Shown here one piece after another: positions 20,658-30,200 of a stretch of 64,000 nucleotides of DNA. The position numbers were made by a program, and so were the translations under genes. Source of the stretch: Terriglobia bacterium (lineage in GTDB: Bacteria > Acidobacteriota > Terriglobia > 20CM-2-55-15); assembly GCA_965198225.1 (NCBI GenBank), contig CBDAOY010000007.1, positions 768,001 through 832,000 of the forward strand. Direction: 5' to 3'. The notes under the pieces were generated by a model. The model searched no databases. It had not been told where the DNA came from and was given only the letters and a program-made list of their open reading frames with translations. Numbering within the stretch: the first letter of the stretch is position 1; every line of letters starts with the position of its first letter.

Positions 20658-21976
20658 CAGTAGTGTCCGACAGATTTAGGACCTCCCGGTCCTAAAGTTA
20701 GAACTGACGCGATGTAGCGCGCTTGTCAAGGTGTTAACGATTTGATTTCTGTGCGGCCTTCGCGGCAGCCTTTCCAGAGGTTTCTGGGAGGCACCGATGT
20801 ACGCTGGCAAGCTGGTCTTCGCACAAGTCATGGAGTTCGCGCCGTGGTATACGTTCCGTCGTCTGGTGACCAAGTACCGCGGCAATTTCAACGTCCGCAC
20901 ATTCAGTTGCCTGGACCAGTTCCTATGCATGGCCTTCGCTCAGCTGACCTATCGGGAGAGCCTGCGCGACATTCAAGCCTGCTTGCGAGCCCAACCCGCC
21001 AAGCTCTACCACCTGGGGTTGCACGGGAAGGTCAGCCGCAGTGCATTGGCCGATGCCAACGAGTCTCGCGACTGGCGCATCTACGGAGAGTTCGCTCAGG
21101 CGCTGATCCGCATCGCACGCCGCTTGTATGCCCACGAGCCGCTCGGGATCGACCTGGACGAAACCGTCTACGCGCTCGACTCCACGATGATCAGTCTGTG
21201 CTTGTCGCTGTTCCCTTGGGCGCACTTTCGAAAGACCGAAGCCGCGGTGAAGCTTCATACGCTGCTCGACCTGCGTGGCGGTATCCCCAGCTTCATCCAC
21301 ATCTCCGAAGGCAGGCTGCACGACGTCAACGTTCTCGACCTGCTCATCGCCGAAGCCGGTGCTTTCTACGTGATGGACCGCGGCTATCTCGACTTCGATC
21401 GCCTCTACACCTTCAATCAAGCCGGGAGCTTCTTCGTCACCCGTGCTCGATCCGACTTCGCGTTCAAGCGCATCTACTCCCAACCCGTCGACCGACACAC
21501 GGGCCTCATCTGCGATCAGACTATCGAACTGACCGTATTTCGCTCCCGCCGCGGCTACCCCGAACGGTTGCGTCGCATTCGTTATCGCGATCCCGAGGGT
21601 CGGCGACTGGTTTTCTTGACCAATCACATGACGCTCCCAGCCCGGACCATCTGCGAGTTGTATCGCCTGCGCTGGCAGGTGGAGCTGTTCTTCAAATGGA
21701 TCAAACAGCACCTGCGCATCAAGCGTTTCTTCGGCACTTCCGAGAACGCCGTCAAAACTCAGGTCTGGGTCGCCGTGAGCGTTTACGTGCTGGTGGCTAT
21801 CGTGCGTAAAGAACTGAATTTGCCTTTGTCGTTGCACTCAATGTTACAGATCTTGAGTGTCACACCATTTGAGAATGTGCCTCTTTTTCAGCTGCTTACC
21901 GAATCCGGGCTCATCTCAAATCGACACTCTAACGCTAACCAATTGAATCTATTCTGAAACGTGTCGGACACTACTG
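20658..21976 (+). mobile_element. IS4-family insertion sequence (1319 bp)
   Basis: 15-bp perfect TIR CAGTAGTGTCCGACA / TGTCGGACACTACTG; 9-bp TSD GCTACAGAC at 20649-20657 and 21977-21985. Confidence 0.92.
20797..21957 (+). CDS. IS4-family DDE transposase
   Basis: QLTYRESLRDI, ALDST, VKLH, MDRGY, YRLRWQVELFFKWIKQ (YREK motif). Confidence 0.95.
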   Translation: MYAGKLVFAQVMEFAPWYTFRRLVTKYRGNFNVRTFSCLDQFLCMAFAQLTYRESLRDIQACLRAQPAKLYHLGLHGKVSRSALADANESRDWRIYGEFAQALIRIARRLYAHEPLGIDLDETVYALDSTMISLCLSLFPWAHFRKTEAAVKLHTLLDLRGGIPSFIHISEGRLHDVNVLDLLIAEAGAFYVMDRGYLDFDRLYTFNQAGSFFVTRARSDFAFKRIYSQPVDRHTGLICDQTIELTVFRSRRGYPERLRRIRYRDPEGRRLVFLTNHMTLPARTICELYRLRWQVELFFKWIKQHLRIKRFFGTSENAVKTQVWVAVSVYVLVAIVRKELNLPLSLHSMLQILSVTPFENVPLFQLLTESGLISNRHSNANQLNLF

Positions 21977-22036
21977 GCTACAGACCACTTCTTCGCGGTA
22001 TAGTGGTCCACACTAAGTAGAACGAATATTCAAATA

Positions 22037-22052
22037 TCGACCGAATGGTCAA
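22037..22052. promoter_or_regulatory. Imperfect palindrome, candidate TetR-family operator
   Basis: TCGACCGAATGGTCAA about 25 bp upstream of the Fe-S subunit gene. Confidence 0.35.
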
Positions 22053-22075
22053 TTTGGCCTGGAGCGTCGAAGGAC

Positions 22076-22573
22076 ATGAGAAAGAAACAACTGATACGAC
22101 TCGTCGTCAACGGCGAGCGGAAAGAGGTTGCCGCCGCGCCGAGCAAGACCCTGCTCGAGGTCCTCAGGGAGGATCTCGGCCTGATCGGTACCAAGCACGG
22201 GTGCGAGGTCGGTGAATGCGGAACCTGCGCGGTGCTGGTCGACGGAGAGCCCGCTCTCTCGTGTCTCCTCCTGCCGTGTGAAATGGAATCCGCTGAGGTC
22301 GGGACGATCGAGGGCCTGGCTTCAGGCGAGCGCCTCGATCCACTTCAGGAGACGTTCGCGGATCTCGGCGCGGCCCAGTGCGGGTACTGCACTCCCGGCA
22401 TCCTTCTTGTCGCCAGATCGCTTTTGAGGGAGGAACCCCATCCGAGCCGGGCGCAGATCGAGGAGGCGCTCGGAGGGAACATCTGTCGCTGCACCGGCTA
22501 CTTGAAGATTTTCGAAGCGATCGAATTGGCGGCAAGCCAGAGCGCGGAAAGCGAGGTAGAGCATGTCGGATGA
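22076..22573 (+). CDS. Xanthine dehydrogenase-family 2x[2Fe-2S] subunit (HcrC/CoxS-like)
   Basis: GCEVGECGTC, QCGYCTPG, NICRCTGY. Confidence 0.93.
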   Translation: MRKKQLIRLVVNGERKEVAAAPSKTLLEVLREDLGLIGTKHGCEVGECGTCAVLVDGEPALSCLLLPCEMESAEVGTIEGLASGERLDPLQETFADLGAAQCGYCTPGILLVARSLLREEPHPSRAQIEEALGGNICRCTGYLKIFEAIELAASQSAESEVEHVG

Positions 22574-24977
22574 CCTGAAAGTCATCGGAAAACCGCTGCG
22601 CAAGGTCGACGCGCTGGAGAAGTGCAAAGGTGAGACGATTTTTGCCGACGACGTCGTCCTTCCGAACATGCTTCACGCGAAACTGTTGCGGAGCACCCGA
22701 CCGTACGCACGGATCCGCAACATCGATGCCTCCGCGGCCGAGGCGATGGAAGGAGTCGTAGCGGTGCTCCTCGGGGCAGAACTCCCGATCACCTTCGGCA
22801 TCCTTCCGGTTTCGCAGGACGAGCACACCCTCGCCATCGACACGGTTCGGTATGTCGGCGATCCGATCGCGGCTGTGGCCGCCGTCGACGAAGAGACGGC
22901 GGAGGACGCGATGCGTGCGATCCGGGTGGAGTATGCGGACATCGAAGCGGTGATGTCGATCCCGGATGCCCTCGCTCCGACCGATGAACCGATCCACGAC
23001 TACGCCGAAGAGGGCAACGTCCACAAATCCGTCTCGTTCGATTTCGGTGACACAGACCAGGCCCTGTCCGAGGCGGATGTGACGCTGGAAGACACGTTTT
23101 TCTATCAGGGAAACACACACCTGCCGCTGGAACAGCACGCGGCCGTCGCGCGAGCGCATCCCGACGGCAAACTGACCCTGTGGTCTTCCACGCAGACTCC
23201 CCATTACGTGCACCGGGCACTGGAGCGGGTGCTGGAGATGCCGGCGCATCGGATCCAGGTCATCGCCAACCCCAACGGTGGCGGCTTCGGCGGCAAGAGT
23301 GATCCGTTCAGCCACGAGATAGCTGTCGCGAAGCTTTCCTTGATGACCGGTCGGCCGGTCAAGATCGCCCTCACCCGCGAAGAGGTGTTCTACTGCCACC
23401 GGGGGCGCCACCCCGTGTTGATGCGATCCCGCATGGGGTTCAAAAAAGGTGGTTCGATCACCGGGATGCATTTCGAGACCGTTCTGGACGGCGGAGCCTA
23501 CGGCAGCTACGGTGTGGCCAGTACCTATTACACCGGTGCGCTGCAGACGACGACCTACCACTTTCCCACTTACCGCTTTCAGGGCGCTCGCGTGTTCACG
23601 AACAAACCCCCGTGTGGTCCCAAGCGGGGACATGGGACACCGCAGCCGCGGTTCGGGCTCGAAATCCAGATCGACAAAGCTGCTGAGCGCTTGGGCATCG
23701 ATCCGGCCGAGCTGAGGTTGCGGAACCTCGCCCAGCCGAATTCGCTGACGGCCAACTGGCTGCGTATTCGAACGATCGGCCTTGGACAGTGCATCGAGAA
23801 GGTTGTCGAAGCCTCCGGTTGGGCCGACAAGTACGGGAAGTTGCCCGACGGGCGCGGTGTCGGACTTGCGTGCAGCTGTTACCTGACCGGTGCCGGCCTG
23901 CCGATTTACTGGAACAACATGCCGCAATCGGGGGTGCAACTGCAGTTGGATCGTTCCGGCCTCGTGACCATCTTCTGCGGAAGCACCGACATCGGGCAGG
24001 GTTCGGACTCGGTCCTGGCATACGTGGTGGCCGAGGTCCTGGGTATCGACCCGGACTACACGCGGGTCGTCACCGGCGACACCGACCTGACGCCTGTCGA
24101 CCTGGGAAGCTATTCCAGCCGCGTAACGTTGATGACGGGCAACGCGGCGCTCGAAGCGGCCGAACGGGCAAAGGCCACACTGCTCGAGGCGGTCTCGGAA
24201 AAGCTCGAGGTTCCCCTTGAACGTCTGATTGCGGCCGATGGGCGGATCTTCGATGCCGACGATCCGGCGAAGGCTGTGTCGTTCGCCAAAGCGGTGCAAC
24301 TTGCCGAGGCTCGAAACGGAACTGTGGGGACCGTCGGCAGCTATAAGCCGCCACGCTCGGCCGCGCGCTTCAAGGGGGGAGGAGTCGGGCCGAGCCCGAC
24401 TTACAGTTACTCGGCGGCCGTCATCGAGGTGGAGGTCGATCCGGAAACCGGAATCATCGAAGTCGACAAGGTCTGGGTGGCCCACGACATCGGACGCTCG
24501 ATCAACCCGATGCTCGTCCTGGGACAGGTCGAAGGGAGCATCTACATGGGGCTTGGAGAGGCTTTGATGGAAGAGCAGGAATTCCGACTCGGTGTCCATA
24601 AGACGCCAAGCATGCTCGACTACAAGAGCCCGACCTCGATGGATATGTGCGACGTCGAAACGATACTCATCGAAGATCCGGATCCTGAAGGGCCATTCGG
24701 CGCAAAAGAAGTCGGGCAGGGTCCCCTGCTGCCGGTTCCGCCGGCAATCTGCAACGCTGTCTACGACGCTGTTGGTGTTCGTGTCGATGAAATCCCAGTC
24801 ACACCCGAGAGAATCCTCAAGGGAATCAAGTTGAAGCAACAGGGGAAAGCGGCCCGTGTCGGTCCGGCCGCCTTTCCGGCGATCGAGTATCGGGATGCCC
24901 TGCACATCCTACCGCCCTGGGAGGGCGGAGACGGCAGTGCGATCGAAAGGCCCGAGTACACACGGAAAGGAGTTTGA
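22563..24977 (+). CDS. Xanthine dehydrogenase-family molybdopterin subunit (HcrA-like)
   Basis: GGGFGGK, RGRHP, KRGHG, DIGQG, GSYSSR, GQVEG, GAKEVGQG. Confidence 0.9.
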   Translation: MSDDLKVIGKPLRKVDALEKCKGETIFADDVVLPNMLHAKLLRSTRPYARIRNIDASAAEAMEGVVAVLLGAELPITFGILPVSQDEHTLAIDTVRYVGDPIAAVAAVDEETAEDAMRAIRVEYADIEAVMSIPDALAPTDEPIHDYAEEGNVHKSVSFDFGDTDQALSEADVTLEDTFFYQGNTHLPLEQHAAVARAHPDGKLTLWSSTQTPHYVHRALERVLEMPAHRIQVIANPNGGGFGGKSDPFSHEIAVAKLSLMTGRPVKIALTREEVFYCHRGRHPVLMRSRMGFKKGGSITGMHFETVLDGGAYGSYGVASTYYTGALQTTTYHFPTYRFQGARVFTNKPPCGPKRGHGTPQPRFGLEIQIDKAAERLGIDPAELRLRNLAQPNSLTANWLRIRTIGLGQCIEKVVEASGWADKYGKLPDGRGVGLACSCYLTGAGLPIYWNNMPQSGVQLQLDRSGLVTIFCGSTDIGQGSDSVLAYVVAEVLGIDPDYTRVVTGDTDLTPVDLGSYSSRVTLMTGNAALEAAERAKATLLEAVSEKLEVPLERLIAADGRIFDADDPAKAVSFAKAVQLAEARNGTVGTVGSYKPPRSAARFKGGGVGPSPTYSYSAAVIEVEVDPETGIIEVDKVWVAHDIGRSINPMLVLGQVEGSIYMGLGEALMEEQEFRLGVHKTPSMLDYKSPTSMDMCDVETILIEDPDPEGPFGAKEVGQGPLLPVPPAICNAVYDAVGVRVDEIPVTPERILKGIKLKQQGKAARVGPAAFPAIEYRDALHILPPWEGGDGSAIERPEYTRKGV

Positions 24978-24980
24978 ACC

Positions 24981-25985
24981 ATGTTACGACTTCCGGGATT
25001 CGAGTTCAGGCAGCCGGAGAACGTCGGCGAGGCGGCGAACATACTCGCGGGCGAAGGGGACAAGGCGATGCTGGTGGCGGGTGGAACCGACCTCTGGCCG
25101 AAGATGAAACGCAGGCAGTTTTCACCGCGCGTAGTGGTCGGTCTAAGGCATCTCGAGTCTCTCCGGCAGATTGAAGGTGAACCGGATAAAGGCGTCCGGA
25201 TCGGTGCCAATAGAACCCTGCGTCAACTCGAACGCGACCCCATGCTACTTTCCCGCTATCCCGCCGTTGCCGAAGCCGCCCGTTCGATCTCCAGTCCGCC
25301 CCTCAAGACGATGGGGACGATCGGTGGGAACCTGTGTGTCGACACCCGTTGCTTCTACTACGACCAGACGTTTGAGTGGCGGAAGTCGATCGACTTTTGT
25401 ATGAAGAAGGACGGCGACATCTGCTGGGTTGCACCCGGAAGCCCACGTTGCTGGGCGGTCTCTTCGACGGACCTGGCACCCGTCATGCTCGCTCTCGGAG
25501 CCCGTATGCACATGGTGTCTTCCCAGGGAGAACGGATCCTGGGCGCCGGGGAAATGTACAACCACGACGGGATCGAATACCTCCGAAAGAGGCCCGATGA
25601 AGTCCTGACTGCGATCGATCTGCCGCCCATAAACGGCGATGTCACGGTGTTTAAGAAGCTGCGCCGGCGGGGTTCTATCGACTTTCCGCTGCTGAACGTC
25701 GCGGTATGGCTCCGTCCAGCGAAGGACCGAAAGACGATCGAAGATGCTCGGATCGCCATCGGTGGCGTGACGTCGGCGCCTTTTCTCGCCGAGGAAGCAG
25801 CAGCGATGCTTCGTGGGTACTCTCCGTCGGATGACGCGATCGGGGCCGCCGCGCACACGGCGCGTTCGCAATCCAAACCACTGGACAACACGGATCTGGA
25901 TTTCTCCTGGCGCCGTGCGATGGTCGAGGTGTGGACCCGGAGAGCTCTGGAGGAGGCCCGAGAGAAACTGGTGACACGCCCCTAA
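24981..25985 (+). CDS. FAD subunit with [4Fe-4S] insertion (HcrB-like)
   Basis: AGGTDL, GTIGGNL, C-x15-C-x7-C-x8-C insertion. Confidence 0.88.
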   Translation: MLRLPGFEFRQPENVGEAANILAGEGDKAMLVAGGTDLWPKMKRRQFSPRVVVGLRHLESLRQIEGEPDKGVRIGANRTLRQLERDPMLLSRYPAVAEAARSISSPPLKTMGTIGGNLCVDTRCFYYDQTFEWRKSIDFCMKKDGDICWVAPGSPRCWAVSSTDLAPVMLALGARMHMVSSQGERILGAGEMYNHDGIEYLRKRPDEVLTAIDLPPINGDVTVFKKLRRRGSIDFPLLNVAVWLRPAKDRKTIEDARIAIGGVTSAPFLAEEAAAMLRGYSPSDDAIGAAAHTARSQSKPLDNTDLDFSWRRAMVEVWTRRALEEAREKLVTRP

Positions 25986-26011
25986 ACAGGCGGAGGCTTT
26001 CAAGGTCGGGT

Positions 26012-26202
26012 GTAGGTGCGCTCTATGAGCGCACCATTCCTTAGCGTCGGGCCCACCGTCCCCCTCAGTCCGGCCTAAGAGAGTTCGATTATGTTTGGGC
26101 ATCCCGGACCATGTTCGGGAGAAAGACAGCTGGTCCGGTCCCCCCACGCCCCTGTAGGTGGACACACGTATCGAGCGTTGTGCGGTCATAGACCGCACCT
26201 AC
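26012..26202. repeat. GTAG-type REP doublet
   Basis: GTAG-GTGCGCTC-TAT-GAGCGCAC ... GTGCGGTC-ATA-GACCGCAC-CTAC. Confidence 0.8.
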
Positions 26203-26228
26203 ACCTTTCAGGAAAAACGACGTTTTGC

Positions 26229-27584
26229 TCAGGGTTCGCGGAACAGGATCTCTACACGTCGGTTCAGAGCCCGCGTTTCGGCATCGTCGTTCGGCGCGAC
26301 GGGCCGCACGGAGCCGAAGCCCTCGGCGTAGATGTTGTCTTCCGGCACCCCGGCAGCCACGAAGAACTCCCGGACTGCGGCAGCCCGGTCCTGGGACAAT
26401 ACCAGGTTCTTGTCTTCCGGTCCCGAGTCGTCCGTGTGGCCTTCGATCCGGATCGTCGGCGTCATGTTGAAGGTGATCACTCCGACGTATCTGGCCAGCG
26501 TCGCCTGCGTTTCCGGTTTCAGCGTCGCCTTGCTGGGGTCAAAATGTTCGCCCGAGAGGGTGACGAGCAGGCCGCGTGCTGTCTGCCGCGCGCCGTTGTC
26601 GATCAGGGCGCGCTCCAACGGCGGCCACAGCTGCTCGAGCCTCACCACTTCCGATTCGGCTGTACGAGCCCGGCGTAGCGCCTCTTCCCGTTCGAGGCTC
26701 AGTTGCCGACCTTCTCGCTCTGTGGCGACGAGTTCGGATCGTGTCTGATCCAGCCTTTCCTCGGTATCCCGCTGCCTCTGGGTGATCCGCCGAACGTCCT
26801 GTTCGAGACGCTGCCGATCTCGCTCAAGGGCATCGGCTCTGCTCGTGACCTCATTCAGCTCATCGATGATCGGCTGCGCCCGCGCCAGCTTTGTTGCCCG
26901 GTGGGACAGACGGATTGCGTCATTGGCATAGGGCAGGAGCACGTCCAGCGGCATGCTCCGTCTCAGCAACTGCTCCATCGAATCGACAGCCACCCGGGCC
27001 TGGCGGAACGCCGCGTCGGCGAGCCTCTCGGCTCCTTCTTGCTCGGCGACCTTGAAGGCCATCCGCGCCTGGGTGACACGCGGCGGAAGGGCGCCTTGCG
27101 GCGGCAGGGAGATTTGTGAGTAATTCGTGAGTCCGGTTTCCACGGAGCCGTTCTCGACCCGGACCTCGTCATCGCGCGGCGGACGGCTCGTGAATGCCAC
27201 CGCAGAACTCGGCTGATCCACCATGAAATGGGGTTCGGCCGTGATCAGGATACCGAACCGCTGCAGCCTGGTCGCGGTCTCGAGTTCCGCCTTCTGCCCG
27301 TCCACCTCCAGTTCCCCGAGATTCTCGAATTCGCCTTCCGGTGTGACCGCCCAAACGACGTATGAGCGAAGGAGTTGTCCGAAGGCGGCAAAAGGTTGGA
27401 TGCGCTCCACCTTGACTTTCAGACGGCTGACTGTTTCTCCCAGACGGACCTCGACCTCACCGGCAGGCGAAAGCGGGAGGTCAAACCCGGAGTCGATCGA
27501 TACCGTGACGATAGTAAACTCTACCGGTATCGCCTGGGCGAACATCATCAGAGAGACCAGCGCTAAGGTCGAACCCATGGTCAC
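26229..27584 (-). CDS. OmpA-family protein with coiled coil
   Basis: C-terminal IEGHTD..NLVLSQDRA..NRRVEI; signal peptide. Confidence 0.88.
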   Translation of the reverse strand: MTMGSTLALVSLMMFAQAIPVEFTIVTVSIDSGFDLPLSPAGEVEVRLGETVSRLKVKVERIQPFAAFGQLLRSYVVWAVTPEGEFENLGELEVDGQKAELETATRLQRFGILITAEPHFMVDQPSSAVAFTSRPPRDDEVRVENGSVETGLTNYSQISLPPQGALPPRVTQARMAFKVAEQEGAERLADAAFRQARVAVDSMEQLLRRSMPLDVLLPYANDAIRLSHRATKLARAQPIIDELNEVTSRADALERDRQRLEQDVRRITQRQRDTEERLDQTRSELVATEREGRQLSLEREEALRRARTAESEVVRLEQLWPPLERALIDNGARQTARGLLVTLSGEHFDPSKATLKPETQATLARYVGVITFNMTPTIRIEGHTDDSGPEDKNLVLSQDRAAAVREFFVAAGVPEDNIYAEGFGSVRPVAPNDDAETRALNRRVEILFREP

Positions 27585-27704
27585 AATTGAACAATCGGGA
27601 GCAGGTCAATTTCAACTAGTTTCGGGTACTAGAAGAACTCGCGCTTCAACGGCGATGACTGTTTTTGAGATAAGCTAGCGGTTCTTAGCAAAGCTGCGCA
27701 CCCT

Positions 27705-28274
27705 ATGTTGAGCAACAGGTACATCCTTACTTCGATCGCTGCCATGGTTGTTTTCGGAGCCTGGTTGATCTACTCGTCCCGGAACGTCGCGCCCGATCTG
27801 GCACCGTTCTATCCGACCCCGATGGTCGTGGTCGACAGAATGCTCGAGATGGCCGAGATCACCTCCGACGATGTCGTCTATGACCTGGGTTGCGGTGACG
27901 GGCGAATCGTGATCGCCGCCGCAGACGAATTCGGGGCGCGCGGCGTAGGGGTCGAGTACGATCCGGACGTCGCGCAGCGGGCAATCGATAACGTTCGTCG
28001 CAGTGAGCTCGAGGACCGCGTTGAGATCATAGTCGGGGACGCGATGAAGGTGGATGTGTCACCCGCCACAGTGGTCACGCTCTATCTACTCCCGGAATCG
28101 AACCTCAAGCTCCGACCCATTCTGGAGGCGTCGCTCGCTCCCGGTTCCCGGGTGATATCCCACGACTGGGACATGGAAGGCTGGACGGCCGAGCGCGTTG
28201 AGCGCATGGACGATGGGACCGGCCGAATCCACACGCTCTACTTGTGGGTGATGGGAGAGCAATACGGACCGTAG
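27705..28274 (+). CDS. Class I SAM-dependent methyltransferase with N-terminal anchor
   Basis: PFYPTP, YDLGCGDGRI, VTLYLLP, RVISHD. Confidence 0.88.
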   Translation: MLSNRYILTSIAAMVVFGAWLIYSSRNVAPDLAPFYPTPMVVVDRMLEMAEITSDDVVYDLGCGDGRIVIAAADEFGARGVGVEYDPDVAQRAIDNVRRSELEDRVEIIVGDAMKVDVSPATVVTLYLLPESNLKLRPILEASLAPGSRVISHDWDMEGWTAERVERMDDGTGRIHTLYLWVMGEQYGP

Positions 28275-28303
28275 CACTGGGCGCCTCGAAAGATTCCGAC
28301 CTC

Positions 28304-28386
28304 TCAACACGAAGCCACGAAGGACACGAAGTATGGATTTTCATAGAAATTGGATCCTTCCGTGGACCGCGCGCCTTCGTGTTGAA
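28304..28386. repeat. CACGAAG-type inverted intergenic repeat
   Basis: tcaacacgaagccacgaaggacacgaag...cttcgtgttga. Confidence 0.65.
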
Positions 28387-28806
28387 AAAAAAGACCTTCC
28401 AGAAGCCCACCGAGCCTGCACGGGACTCGAATCGAACCTCAGGAAGCCCGACTGTCTTTAGGCTAAGTCATTGTTGATGAGTGACTTATAGGCAAAATCT
28501 GTCGGGCGAGTCGGGTCGGTCGCTTTGACCAAGGAGGAAATCGAAGCCCAACAACCTGATCGTAAAAGAGTTAAGCGGCACGACGAGAACTCGGCTGGAC
28601 TCGATGGGACTGAATATGTATTCTTGTAGCCAATCCGGCCCGCATCTTCGGAAGCGTTACTCGCTTCATCTCTTTCTGATCAGCGCGACGGCGCCGAAGT
28701 ATATGGACGGATGGTCGGGCCGGGGCTTCCCTTGACCTTGGTCCGATTGAGAGGCAACCCCTGGTCAAGGCACGGGTCGAAAACCAGGTTCAAGAAGGGA
28801 GTGTCT

Positions 28807-29238
28807 ATGAGTCTATTGAAGATAGCGAATCCCGCTACAAGCGTCGGACCGTCGGCCATGGTTATGGACGGTATCCGCGCGATGGAAGGAGCGACAGTCG
28901 GCGCCGTGCTGATTGTCGATCGCGACGAAGTCAAAGGTATCTTCAGCGAGCGAGACCTGATGTTGCGAGTCATTCTCGCCGGGAAGGATCCGGAGACGAC
29001 GCCAATCGGCGACGTGATGACCGCACCCGTCCTGACGATCGAAAAGAGTACGTCTGAGGACGATGCACTCAAGTTGATGTGGGATCGCCACGTCCGGCAC
29101 CTGCCGGTCGTCGGTGACTCGGGTCAAGTCGAAGGTGTGGTGTCGATCCGACACCTGCTTCATGACAAGGTAGAAAACCTGACGCAGGAGCTCGATTCAC
29201 TCGAAGCCTATTTCTCTGCCGACGGCATTGGTGGCTGA
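28807..29238 (+). CDS. CBS-pair domain protein
   Basis: GIFSERDL, DVMT, VRHLPVV, GVVSIRHL. Confidence 0.9.
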   Translation: MSLLKIANPATSVGPSAMVMDGIRAMEGATVGAVLIVDRDEVKGIFSERDLMLRVILAGKDPETTPIGDVMTAPVLTIEKSTSEDDALKLMWDRHVRHLPVVGDSGQVEGVVSIRHLLHDKVENLTQELDSLEAYFSADGIGG

Positions 29239-29389
29239 GGTGTCTGAAGAAATCTGCGACGGATCTGAACAACCGAACCCCGCAGCGGCCGTCTGACGGA
29301 CGCCTTACCCCCCCTGCGCCTGCCCTCCTACTGCTGACCGTCCTCCATAACGATTGCGGCCAACGCCAGCCCGCGCGCATCATATCGGG

Positions 29390-30073
29390 ATGAGGCGGAT
29401 CTTCGGTTATTTGGGGGACATGCTCGTCGCTTTCCTGCCCGAGGACTACCGCCCGGAGTGGGCGCCTCGCGAAAGGGATCTGGTCCGCCCCTGTATCGCC
29501 GGGGGGCTCGGCTTGACGCTAGTTCTCTTCTTCCTATTGGTTGAGAGTTACGTGCGGTTCATGTCTCAGGCCCTCGATCGGATGGCCGAAGGTCCGTCCA
29601 TTCTCGAGAACCCGGTGTTGCTTGGCGCCGGTGTCTTCTCTTTCTTCGAGTACGCCTTCCACCCCTATAGAGGACTTCTGGTCTACTACTTCGTCGAGAC
29701 TGTTTTTCGGGTATTCGTCGCCGTTACAGTCGGTTCGGTCAACGGTACCCTGCCGCTGCACGTCGTCAACTGGGGGCACCGGCTCGTGTCGCCGCACTAC
29801 GAGGAATGGGCGATGGGCCCTCGAATCATCGATCGCGTCAAGAAGGTCGAGGGCAAGCCCTACGACCTGCTCGTGGCTTCCTGTCGGCGCAAGCCGACCT
29901 GGGACACCTACAACACGATTTCCTACGAAGACGAACTCTACGAAGTCCTGAAGGAAGTCGACAGCCACCCGCCGCACCGCTTCCTCTACGAGCTTCGTAA
30001 GAATCCCAGGTGGCGTGTGACGCGAAAGATCCACCAGTACGATCCCCGCGAGACGCTCGAAAAATCGTCCTAG
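29390..30073 (+). CDS. Hypothetical membrane protein
   Basis: 227 aa; two or three hydrophobic segments and a polar C-terminal domain; GC3-rich codons. Confidence 0.65.
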   Translation: MRRIFGYLGDMLVAFLPEDYRPEWAPRERDLVRPCIAGGLGLTLVLFFLLVESYVRFMSQALDRMAEGPSILENPVLLGAGVFSFFEYAFHPYRGLLVYYFVETVFRVFVAVTVGSVNGTLPLHVVNWGHRLVSPHYEEWAMGPRIIDRVKKVEGKPYDLLVASCRRKPTWDTYNTISYEDELYEVLKEVDSHPPHRFLYELRKNPRWRVTRKIHQYDPRETLEKSS

Positions 30074-30200
30074 TCTGAACTCTCTCACCAATACGGACAA
30101 TAGAGCAGCAGCCGCAATCAGTTGATCTCTCCCTCCTGATTCAAGATAATTCTTCACCGACCGATCATAGACCGCGCAGTTTGTAAGGGGAGGGCGTCCC

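Noticed and set aside
22164-24905. 913-aa minus-strand ORF and similar long antisense ORFs
   Set aside because: These mirror well-supported genes on the opposite strand, as expected in high-GC DNA, and carry no recognisable motifs
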